Assembly: GCA_964016885.1 (NCBI GenBank)
Contig: CAXHJY010001262.1
Location: 3,497 to 67,496 of the forward strand
Source of the DNA: Eledone cirrhosa
Lineage: Eukaryota
Reading direction: 5' to 3'
Length of the DNA: 64,000 nt
Shown: piece by piece, positions 12,592 to 24,655 of the stretch
Position numbering within the stretch: position 1 is the stretch's first letter
How the letters are laid out: each line of letters begins with the position of its first letter
Program-made: the position numbers and the translations under genes
Notes under the pieces: generated by a model
Told to the model about the DNA's origin: nothing
What the model saw: the letters and a program-made list of their open reading frames with translations, nothing else
Database searches by the model: none

Positions 12592-13322
12592 TAGACTTTA
12601 TATTTTCATTTTGATACAAAAGTCAGATTTTTTTTGTTTCCAAATTTAATCAATCCCTTGAATAGTCCCGTCAACCCATGGGGCTCAATATCACCCGCTT
12701 TCGGGATCCCTGCTCTACATAGTTGTTCGAAATGCTAAAAATACCAACCAAAACTCCATCAAATCCATTCCCTACTTCTGCCATATTAAGAATGCAACAT
12801 TCTTTATTTATCTCTATTATTCGCCAATTCCTGCTCTGAAGTTTTTTTTTCTTTTAACTTAAAGTTTTTAACTTTTAACCCGGACATTGAAGCAATTTGA
12901 GATAAGATTCAAAATAAAAATCACATTGAGTAATAAAAATGTTTTTTAACATAGCATCAGGTTAACCCAAGTCTGTACAATGTGACATTGGGTAGACAGA
13001 AGCTATGTGCACATCCATTTGGATAATATTCTTTCCCATAGCCTCAGTTCGACTTAACTTTGAAATTGGATAGACAGAATCTATATGGAAGCCCATTGGA
13101 TAATATTGATCTACTCACACAATAACGAGTAAAATGTTCGGTTGGTTGAATAACTGAATAGTCATCGTAGAAACCAACGAAGGACCCATGAATTCTGTCA
13201 AAAGCTAGAGATTAGATTTTTCAACATTACAAGCTCAATTTATTGAGTTGATTAGGAAAAATTCAACTACAGAACCTCCTGCTTACAGCTTCCCTTGTGT
13301 GATAGTGTGCTAGAAATAAAAT

Positions 13323-13638
13323 AATAGTTTCTACTTTAGACACAAGGCCAGCAAATTGGGAGGGGGGGTCAATTAAATCGACCCCGGTGCATGACTGGTA
13401 CTTTATTTTATCGACCCCATAAAGATGAAAGGCAAAGCTAACCTCGGTGGGATTTGAATTCAGAACATAAAGGACCGCAACTCTATGCCGACGCTCTATC
13501 GATTCTGCCAATCCACTGTAAAAAGTAAAATAATTGTTTCTACTTTTGGCATAAGGCCAGCAATTACCCCAGTGCATTACTAGTATATCATTTTATCGAC
13601 CCCGTCAGGATGAAAGGCAAAGTTAACCTCGGCGGGAC
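13323..13638 (-). mobile_element. Two adjacent SINE copies
   Basis: Reverse complement of the SINE core occurs twice. Confidence 0.8.
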
Positions 13639-13921
13639 GGGCCGTTAAAAAGTAACCAACGATCGGAGCCAAAAGCTGGAGTGTTGTTTAATAAATCAAC
13701 TAAATGAAGATATCAAGGTTTTGAAGCAAAAGTAACGTTAACAACATTTCGTGTCCTACTGACTTATATCTCAGTTTTTACTATGGCACAGTCTATTCCC
13801 CTTACTTATTCTGTATTATCATTCTATCAGAATTCCAACTGCTTACAAACAGCCGTTTCTTTCAGTCTTTAGACAAGAGTTCCTCCTGCAAAATGTACAC
13901 ACACACACACACATGTACACA

Positions 13922-13989
<68 letters not shown>

Positions 13990-15444
13990 AACACACACAC
14001 ACAGATAAACACACAGCAACTCTTCTGATAGTAAAGATAAATATGTTTACTACATTAGTCTAATCGTCTCAGTTACATTTGGAGAGGCGGTTCTTTTTAT
14101 CCAGTCCAATAACAAGGTGTATCATCAGTTCTCTCTCCACCTGAAGAAGAGGATGAGTGAGAGTAAAAATAGAAGATGTTCAGTTAGAACTGCTAAAGGT
14201 CTCTCTCGATCTGGAGAGGACTTAGATTTAGAGAAGCTCCCACATTTTCAGACATGAATTAGTCAAAACAACCCAGCCTTTCCTATCCCCAGTCAGGTCA
14301 GCTACTTCTTTCCATTCTTTGTTCACCCGTCGTGGATCGTTACACAATGTTCTGATGCCAATACATTTTAGGTCTTCCTCGCTTTCTTTTGCTTCGAAGT
14401 TTTGCTGGCTGGAGTCGTTTGTGGTAGTCTGGAAAAGTGTTCAAGCTAGCTAAAGTACCTTTTGGTTGATTAGTTGGTAGATCTCATGTAGCAGTCTGGA
14501 AAGGTGTCCAAGCAAGCTAAAGTACCTTTTGGTTGATTGGTTGGTGTCATTTGTGGCACACTAGAAAGGTGTCTAAGCCAGCTAGGACACCTTTGCCAGA
14601 TATTTGAATATACTGGCTACTGACCTGTTCCTTCCTTGAGTTTTTTTTATTTGTAATAAAGTCATTCCGTTTTGCAGCAACGATTCTCCTCAGATATTTG
14701 GAGTCAAATGTATCACTCCTTCAACCAATCCACAGAGACGAAGCAATCACTGAAATCCCAACAACAAATACATGCATAGTAGACTTAATCAGCTGTTTGG
14801 TTTCATAAGACCACATAGCTCTGACCCCTGGGTGCCTTTCACCGAGTCTCTTTTGTTGTAAGCATTCAGATGAGGTCTCTATTTAGAAAGAATCTTCTTC
14901 TCTCACTCCTAAAAGTCTCGAGGGTCGTAGAAAGAGGCATAGGCAATCTCCTTTTATCCCTAACTAAACAGTTTTAAAAACATAGTTATAGCAGCAGATA
15001 CCTCCGACTGGTTCTCTCTAGATCTACTAGATTCCTTCCTACCCTCCCAGTGTTATAACAATTTATTGCATGCATGGTCCAATAACTCCTAAGAGAGTCG
15101 TATATATTTCTATACATTTCTTCTTTTTCAAAGACACAAGACAGTAATGTTGTGAGGTTCAAGCCTTTCCGAAAGGCTTTATCGGACGAATTAACATTAA
15201 TGAATTGACTTTGCCGGGAGTTGAAACCAGATACGCAGATTTAAATCATTAGATTTTAATCATCTTACTTTACAACATTTCTTTTATGAATATTGTTCTC
15301 CCGTGAGAGTCTTTGGGTGATTCTAGAGCATATTTTAAAACCTGGCGTAGCCCATCTTCTCTCTGGGTTTGAAGGCAGCAGATTTTTCCCAGAGAAAGAT
15401 AGAAAGTGATAGAATGGAAGTGAGAAAGAGATATAGAGAAAGAA

Positions 15445-15583
15445 TCAACCCCAGTACTTGATTGGTACTTTTTTTTATCGACCTCGAATGGATGATAGGA
15501 AAATTTGACCTCTGCCGGATTTGAACTCAGAGAGTAGAAATCCATTCTATTTGACGTTATAACGATTCTGACAATTTGCCGCC
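15445..15583 (-). mobile_element. SINE copy; its flank (15340-15445) is shared with 17995-18100
   Basis: Core in reverse complement; GATTTGAACTCAG. Confidence 0.75.
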
Positions 15584-16267
15584 TCACAATTTATTAACAA
15601 GTGTCATTTCATTTCTATAGAGGTGCTAACCATTATTACTTAGCAATGTTACATCACTATTACACAGCAAGCGCCATTAGCTGTTCTACCAAATGCCGCA
15701 CCAGATTCCTTGTAACATTATCAAAAGACTCAAGGCTAAAACTTGGTTTAGACCAAACAGCTGATGATGTAAACGACATTGTTATCTCAGTGAAGATAAA
15801 CAGACAAATGCAGATAACTATAGACAAATACTAATGAAAAGAGATGATGACAGATAAAGCCAGAGGAAGACAGAGTAAGACAGATTGAAGACAGATGAAT
15901 AGAAGATGTAAACATTGAGTCACCACCTCTTCCTCCTCTTCTCCGTCACTTTGTGGGAAATATTGAGATGTACAAATATGTATTCAGCTGTGTACTTTAA
16001 CGACCCGGTTTCAGAAGAGGCTAGAAATTAGGAAATATTACGTAAGATAATAAATAGTATCATTCTTAGAAATTTATTTGCCGGATAAAAGAAAAAATAT
16101 ATATTTGCGAGAGAAATGGACGTGGCTTCCAGAAGGTTTCATGGCAACAACAACAACAACGAAAATGAAAGAAAGAAAAGAAGAACAAAGAAAAAGAAAC
16201 GAAATTTGAAGTAAAAATATGGCACAAGTAGTTGAAGAGCTGAAAAGTTTGTTTTCGTCCTGCCTGT

Positions 16268-16696
<429 letters not shown>

Positions 16697-16790
16697 GTAC
16701 AACACTGGAATGTAATATCCGTAGTAGTAGAGCACTCAGTCCATGGGACGAGTTTGGGAGAAGTAGTAACACAACAGTTAGTTCACCTTA

Positions 16791-16831
16791 CCGAGAACAA
16801 TTGTTTCATCTTGTGCGGATCTTCAGCTCGG
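16791..16831 (-). ncRNA. Hammerhead-like motif with a one-nucleotide lesion
   Basis: Minus strand reads CCGAG-CTGAAG-ATC cgcacaa GAT-GAA-ACAATTGT-T-CTCGG. Helix I and the palindromic helix III are perfect; A9 and helix II compete for one A. Lies ~100 bp from a (TA)n tract. Confidence 0.6.
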
Positions 16832-17344
16832 ACTGATAATGGTTATACGGAACAGGAAAAGGAGAAACAGCCGTATGAACGCGCATGCGCAGAAACGGTC
16901 ACTTCTCCCAAGCGATAAAGATCCACGGTCGAAATGTGTAAGGGTGATAACTGCGAATGTCCGGAATAAATTGTTCGAGTTGATTAGAATATTAGAATGT
17001 TGATGTTATTTAATCCGGCGCTCTGTAGTTATGCAAGAGGTGTTTCCAGACGTGTGGACAACGTGAGAAAAGTTCATTCCTTGAATTTAGGCAATCGCTA
17101 TTGCATAATCTCTATACGTCTTTGGTTGATGGGTTTAAAGAAAAGGGAATTCTTTAAAAGTTATATTTAGAGAAACAACGACAGAAAGAATTCTATAGAC
17201 AAGTTCAAACTGGGGGTAATAACACTATCACCTCCTTCGAAGTATAGACCTCAGACAAAAGACAGAAAATAGCCACTCGAGATAATTGTAATCCAATGAG
17301 AAAATATCCAGATAAGAGTTCCGTGAAATATTTTTGAACATCGT

Positions 17345-18252
17345 ACAATACAATACTAAGCATGTTGTCCGATGCTCTACCGATTCTACCAATCTGCCAC
17401 CCTTATAATATTTGTTTCTACTTTTGGCACAAGGCCAGCAATTATCCCAGTGTATTACTGGTACTTTATTTTATCGACCCCGTAAGGATGAAAGGCAAAG
17501 TTAACCTCGACTTAGAGAAATATTGGTTACTGGCACAAGACCAACAATTTTGGGGTACGGGAAGTCGATTAAATCAACCTCAGTGCATTACTGGTACGTT
17601 CGTTTTATCGACCCCGTAAGGATGAAAGGCAAAGTCAACCTCGGCGGGATTTGAACTCAGATCGTAAAGGGACGTAACTATGCTGGAAAGCATGGCGTCC
17701 GACCCTCCACCGATACTGCCAATCCACCGCCGTTCTACTTCATTCCAGTACAATAATAATGGGTTCTGGTTTAGGCACAAGGTCAACAAAATTGAGGGAG
17801 GAGAAAGTCGATAACATCGACTCCAGTGTGTTACTGGTATTTATCTTATCGACCCCGTAAGGATGAAGGCATAGCTAACCTCGACGGGATTTGAACACAG
17901 CTCGTAAAGGGACTACTCTTCTCACTCTCTCTCTTTTCCCGTAACTCCTGATAGAGTCTTAGGGGCACCGTATTGACATACAGCGATTTAATCATCCTGG
18001 CGGAGCCCATCCCTCACCAGGCCTGTGTGCAGCAGATTTCTTCCAGAGAAAGATAGAAAGTGAGAGAGAGGAAATGAGAAAGAGATGTATAGAGGAAGAA
18101 TCAACCCCAGTACTAGACAGGTACTTTTTTTTATCGACCTCGAAAGGATGAAAAGCAAAGTTGACCCTAGCGGGATTTGAACTCAGAGAGCCGGAACGAA
18201 TACCATAAATCATTCTATTAGACATTCTAACGACTCTGCCAATTCGCCGCCT
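17345..18252 (-). mobile_element. Cluster of ~5 SINE copies or fragments
   Basis: Repeated ATCGACCCCGTAAGGATGAAAGGCAAAG; the 17405-17730 dimer recurs at 19615-19930. Confidence 0.85.
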
Positions 18253-19614
18253 ACACACCTCCACTAATAGCACCCAAAAGCCAGGTGATGGTGCGACAAA
18301 TTAAGCGCTCTTCTTCCCTGACTTTGACAGCTTCTGAAATGACTCCCGTTTCTTGGAGCTTCTTAGCCTCATTCCACCTTCACCCAGACACTTCCAACTG
18401 ATTCGTCTCTCTTTCTCTCATTACCCATATTGTATACCCACCCAATCCCACTTCTGGTCCTCAACTAATCCATTCTCGCCCAATCCTTCCTACTCAGAAC
18501 CTCAAACATATGGAACTTCGGCCCTCTTTATATCATTTATATCAAAAGAGGTGGATTTACAATTGTTTAAGCAAAACATTAACGGCATCAATCTCTCCAG
18601 TCTTGGAGGGTCTGTGATGGCCATGGGCACTGTCCCTTCCTCCAGACCTACCAGACATCACTCTCTCCAGTCTTGGAGAGCCTGTGATAGCCATGGGCAC
18701 TGTCCCCTCCTCCAGACCTAGCAAATATAAAAAGACAACAACAATTTTACTTATGTAAAATGCGATGGAGTGGTGCATGAGAAAAAAAATAAAGCACCCC
18801 AACACACACACACACACACACATAAACACACACACAAAACAAAACAGTTCTGTACTTTATGGCATTTAATCCCAGGAGGGTTTGTTGGATGTTAATAATT
18901 TCGGTTGTCGTGATGAGGAGAAAGATGAGAAGGGTGAGGAGATAGAGGGGGGGGAGATGAAGGGGGGTAGGGGGGTAGGAGGGGGGGGATGGGAAGTGGG
19001 TGACGGAAGATGGGGAGCATGAAGAGGAAGATGGGGAGCATGAAGAGGAAGATGAGGAAGAGAAAGGAAGAGTAGAAAAAAAGGGCGTTAGGAAGTTATC
19101 CCTCAACAGTTTCCTCGGGTACCGGCTTTTGTCTTTACTTAGAACATTCTGTTGTGTAACTGAACATGTCGGCTCCGTTTTTAGCTTTCATCTCAGTGTA
19201 GTTAAAATATTATTAATGCAGAGAAGTTCGATGAACTCTGCTACACCCCCGCTCCTCTCTCAGCAATTGCCTGACCTTGTAGAAATGCTCAAAAATCAAT
19301 ACCGATCTAATTTGTGATTAGGTGCAAGGCATATATTACAATAGGTAAATAAGTATATTGTGATATCTATATGTCAAAATTTTTTTTATAAAAATCAATC
19401 ATTGAACGCGCTAATGATGAGACCTCTATGTGGTAGCTCTACCTGCTAGAAATAGCAGCTAAATCTTCCTCCTATTAGTTCAGTGGTTCTTAATCATTTC
19501 TTTCCCAAAACACCTTTTATTTAAATGAATCTCCCCACACCTGTCCTCTCACACTAATTTCCTCACCTCCCCGGAAAACTATAAATCAAAGATGATAAAT
19601 GTTTATACTTAGAG

Positions 19615-19935
19615 AAATATTTGTTTCTACTTTTGGCACAAGGCCAGCAATTATCCCAGTGTATTACTGGTACTTTATTTTATCGACCCCGTAAGGATGA
19701 AAGGCAAAGTTAACCTCGGCTTCGAGAAATATTGGTTTCTGGCACAAGACCAATAATTTTCGGGGACAGGAAGTCGATTAAATCAACCCCAGTGCATTAC
19801 TGGTACTTTCGTTTTATCGACCCCGTAAGGATGAACGGCAAAGCTAACCTCGGCGGGACTTGAACCCTGATCTTAACCCTATACCATGAAGCATGTTGTC
19901 AGACGCTCTACCGATACTGCCAATCCACAGCCCTT
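19615..19935 (-). mobile_element. SINE dimer (paralogue of 17405-17730)
   Basis: Same truncated-plus-full arrangement and the same junction GAGAAATATTGGTT. Confidence 0.8.
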
Positions 19936-19949
19936 ATACTTAGAGAAAC

Positions 19950-20322
19950 ATTGATACCCGACAGTATATGGCATGTATATATATTGATACCCGATAGCGT
20001 GTATATAGTATGTAGATATATTTATACCCGACAGTGTGTATATAGTGTGTAGATATATTGATTCCCGAAAATATGTATATAGTGTGTATATAGTATGTAA
20101 TATTCATACCCGACAGTGTGTATATAGTATGTAGATATATTGATACTCGACAGTGTGTATATAGTGTGTATATATATTGATACCCGACAGTGTGTATATA
20201 GTATGTAGATATATTGATACCCGACAGTATGTATATAGTGTGTATATATATTGATACCCGACAGTGTGTATATAGTGTGTAGATATATTGATACCCGACA
20301 GTGTGTATAAAGTGTGTAGATA
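19950..20322. repeat. 37-bp minisatellite, ~10 copies
   Basis: Unit TTGATACCCGACAGTGTGTATATAGTGTGTAGATATA. Confidence 0.93.
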
Positions 20323-20509
20323 TTAGAGTATAGGAAATATCAACCCCAGTACTTAACTGGTACTTTATTTTATTGACTTCAGAAAGACAAAAGCAAAGAT
20401 TACTTCGACAGAATTTGAACTCAGAATGTAGAAAGTCATAATTAAATACCACAAAGCATTTTCTCCGACACTCTACTGATTTTGCCAATCCAGCACCCTA
20501 TAATAATAA

Positions 20510-20912
20510 TCACGAAGGACAGAAATGAAGCAACCATACTTCATTGGATATGCAATATAAGTGTGAGAGAAAGGCGGTGCTTGAATAAACTGAGGGAGAA
20601 GCTGGGTTTTAAGAGGAATCCGAGGTGGTGTGCAGGAGAGAAGACTGTGTTGGTATGGACAATGATCACCGGGTGTGAAGAAATGCCAGGAAACCACGTA
20701 TATAATGATGTACGTGGACAATGATCGTTGGGTTCCAGTGGAAGGAAGCCGCAGTAGAGGTAGACCAAGAAAGTTTTGGGCATAGGTTGTGAGAGTTGAC
20801 CTCAAATCACTGAGACTGACAAAGGATCGCGACGATTGGAGGGATGCTGTACTGAGAAGGACTTGTCCAACCCACGCAAGTGTGAAAAAACGGACGTAAA
20901 AACGATGATGAT
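20510..20912 (+). mobile_element. RTE-clade LINE 3' fragment (degenerate), flanked by minus-strand SINEs (20335-20495, 20915-21118)
   Basis: RNEATILHWICNISVRERRCLNKLREKLG, then a frameshifted VQERRLCWYG; GRPRK-like and DRDDWR motifs; (GAT)n tail. Confidence 0.75.
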
Positions 20913-21369
20913 TACTGCTATAGGCACAAAGCCGGCAATTTTTAAGGAGGGGAAAGTTGATTAAATCAACCCCAGTGCATTACTGGTATTTTATTTTATC
21001 GACCCCGTAAGGATGAAAGGCAAAGCTAACCTGGGCGGGATTTGAACTCAGAACGTAAAGGGCTGTAACTTTATGCTTAGAAGCATGTTGTCTGATGCTC
21101 TATCGATATTGCCAATCCAATGATCACAAAGAAGGGGCAGGTATAAATAAATAATTTCCTTTAGTCGAGGAATGTTATAACCAAATTTACATGTAAAATT
21201 AACATTATCTTCAGCTCATTGCTGCTTTATAATTGTCTTAAAACAAAATCCTGTTTGTTTCTCATCACATGTCATTATTGATATAATTGTTATCATTGTT
21301 ATATAATTTGTAGTAGTAGTAGTAGTAGTAGTGATGTTGGTGGTGGTAAGTGGTGGTGGTGGAAAAGAT

Positions 21370-23180
21370 GACGAATGTCTTGAAAATTATCCCAAATTGG
21401 AAATCACCGGAACCTGCACCTGGTCCAGCGATTTTAGCTTAAGAATTTCACATCACTGCAAGATAGCTTGCTAGACTAGGCTAAACATGTGTTTAGACCA
21501 TGGTGAAGTTCCTACATGTTTAACAAGCGGAGTAACTGTCAAACTAAACGTGTTTAGATGGTGGTAAAGTCTCCTCTACATGGCAGGTTGATTGATCGGT
21601 TAAACGTGTTTAGATGGTGGTGAAGTCTCTATATGGTTAACAGGAAGAAGAAGCGTCCTGATACTGAAACATCCAGCTAAGGGAAATGTCCTACTTACCA
21701 GCTAATGACTTAATAACTCCTAATGTGAAAGTTATTGACCAGTGCAATTGAGAATGAGGTTTATGAAGATCTTGAAAGACAAATAATTTTTCCAGAAAGA
21801 TAAAAAGGATGCAGAAGAAAACCAAGAGAGTCACGTGATTTATATTGATCAGCAAGTCTCGAGGTAAAGAGAAACAGGAAGAAAAATGTAGCAACATGGT
21901 AGATTGACTATAAAATGCATACAATAATATCCAATACTTCTACATCTAGGAGTGTTTCCAAATATTTAGTGTTTCAGACAACGTTGCAGGATTACTAAGA
22001 AATTGCACTAGAAATTAGAAAACAGTTGACATCAGGGAATATGGTACGAGGAGATATTAACATCAAAAGAAGAATTTTCCAAGGGTACGTGCTCTCACCA
22101 TTACTGTTCGCTGTGGCTTTGATTCCACTAACTTTAGTTCTCTACAAGTTTAGCGATGGCGGGATAATAAATAAGTTTGCTAAAAGTGCGAAGGCACTAA
22201 GCTCATTTGTCAAAACTGTAAGTGTAGTGACTAAATATATAGGATACAATTTAGGATAAATGTTAGTATTTAAGAGAGGAAGATATAGAGTTACTTGATG
22301 ATTTAGTGATCGAAGCGATGCGAGTAGGTGAAAGTTACAACCTGTGTGTTTTAGAGGCGGTTAAAATATTGTGTGAAGACATGAAATAAAGGTTCAGGAA
22401 AGAATATTCTACGAGAGAAAGTAAGTATTAAATGCTAAACGTAGTGGAAGAAAAAGTATCACAAAAAATTAATACCTGGGCAGTATCTCTAGTGGGATAT
22501 TTTGCTGCCATCTTGAATTGGTCAAGAGAACAGCTAAAACAGATAGATAGAAAAACAAGGAAGAATATGACGTTGTACATAACATATCACCCAAGAGATA
22601 GTGTGGATAGATTATATGTAACAAATAAAGAAGTGGGGAGAGGGTGGATTTCTACAGAAGATTTTGTTGATATGGCAGAAGTAAATTGGAGAAATATGTA
22701 TGTGCTGAAATGTTCAGAAAGATTTATATCTTCAGCAGGGAGTGGAGAAAATGTAGTGGAAGTTGAAAATGAAAAAGCTGACAAAAGTATAAAGAAATGG
22801 AAAAAAGAAATAAATATTTGCGGAAAAGTCCTCCGTGGACAACATTACAGACAAAGCAAGGAATCAACAGCAGAGGAATCCTGGTTGTGGTTCGATAATA
22901 GTGAGTTGAAGAAAGAAACTGATGTTTATTTAAGTGACTAATCTTATCAAAGTGAACATTGATAAAGTAGTGGGAATGCCAAATGTAGAACGTGCAAGAA
23001 GGACTCGTCCGTAACCAATATTATACGTAAGTAGTTGCAGTTGTTTGGTACAGAAAGAGTATAAATGTCGCTATGATTATGTAGTTAGGGCTCTATACTG
23101 CGATATCTTGTGATAAAGAAGGTTTGAAGTGAGTAGCAACTAGTATCAACACCTACCCGGGGATGTTGTTGAAAATAACA
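21370..23180 (+). mobile_element. Heavily degenerate R4/Dong-like (RLE-type) non-LTR retrotransposon
   Basis: Remnants PNWKSPG, IDYK.AY, DINIKRRIFQG..LSPLLF, INTWAVS, IDRKTRK, HPRDSVDRLYV..KEVGRG, LRGQ, SWLW...LKKET and CRTCK; many stops and frameshifts. Confidence 0.8.
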
Positions 23181-23184
23181 GGCC

Positions 23185-23612
23185 CACCCCACGCTTAATC
23201 AGACATACAGAAAAATAATAAAAGTAAGTGCACGACTGACAGAACGTCGTACAAGGTTTGCTGGTCACTTCTTTTGCGCTTGTTTCCGACATCTTGTGTG
23301 AGATCTCTACCAGAAAGCTCAGATAACCAGGATTCCATAGCAAGAGACACTAGAATTGACAAGGATGACCTACAAACCTTGATGGGGAACAGAGACTGTT
23401 GGTGTGAAGTAGGGCTTGCTGTCTCACCTAAGAGTCACAGGTATTGACAAGGATGACCTACAAACCTTGATGGGGAACAGAGACTGTTGGTGTGAAGTAA
23501 GGCTTGCTGTCTCACCTAAGAGTCATAGGAATTGACAAGGAGGTCCTACAAACCTCGATGAGGAACAGAGAGAGACTGTTGGTGAAAAACTGTGCTTGCT
23601 GTCGACCCTAAG
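23185..23612 (+). mobile_element. Probable RTE-like LINE 3' remnant whose last ~89 bp are triplicated
   Basis: ERRTRFAGH motif at ~23240-23270; ATTGACAAGGA..CCTACAAACC occurs three times. Confidence 0.5.
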
Positions 23613-24222
23613 GGTGATGGATTAGATAAGAATTTGAGAGGTATTTACGATGTAATGGCTATTTTGAATATTTCATGGGTGTTTTAAGTCTTTTAACCAT
23701 CATTTATCATCTAGCACATGTAGTGTTTGATAAAAACTGTAGACTTTCTGCACAAAATTAAATTTAGAATTGCCCAAAATTAGATTTGGAAACTCACACA
23801 ATTAGATTTAGAACCATACAATCCAGGACCAATTGAATGCAATCCACACACCCTTCGCCCATAAGCTGACAGGTTCATCAACCGTGTTAGGTTGCCCTCA
23901 TGCTTTTCACGGAGGTGTGAACGACATGTATGTATGTTTATGTGTGTGTATGTGCATGTATATGTGCATGTATAAGTATGTATGCATATGTATGTATATG
24001 TGTGTGTATATAACTATGTATGTATGTGTATGTATGTATTTGTGTGTGAGTGTATGAATATATATCTATCTATGTATGTATGTATGTATGTATATATGTG
24101 TATGTATGTATATGTATGTGTGTATATGTGTATATATGTGTGGGTATTAACTATAGTGTAAACAACAGATAAGTTCTTGTGTTAATCCATTCCATGTACA
24201 AAGCTTTAGAGTTGGTTTGATT

Positions 24223-24620
24223 GTAGTAGTAGTAGTAGTAGTGGTGGTGGTGGTGGTGGAACGGTGGTGGTGGTGGTGGTAGTGTTGGTGGTGGTGGTGG
24301 TGGTAGTGTTGGTGGTGGTGGTGGTGGTGGAACGGTGGTGGTGGTGGTAGTATTGGTGGTGGTGGTGGTGGTGGTGGTGATAGTGTTGGTGGTGATAGTG
24401 TTGGTGGTGGTGGTAGTGGTCGTGGTGGTGGTGGTAGTAGTGGTGGTGTTGGTAGCGGTAGTAGTAGTAGTGATAGTAGTGGTTGTGTTAGTAGTGGTGG
24501 TGGTGGTAGTAGTAGTAGTGGTGGTGTTAGTAGTAGTGGTGGTGTTAGTAGTAGTGGTGCTGGTGGTAATAGTAGCAGTAGTAGTAATTGTAGTAGTAGT
24601 AATAGTAGTAGTGGTGGTTT
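24223..24620. repeat. (GTG/GTA)n tract
   Basis: Directly visible. Confidence 0.95.
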
Positions 24621-24655
24621 GTCGTTGTTGTTCCTCTTTTTCCCATCCTCCTCCT

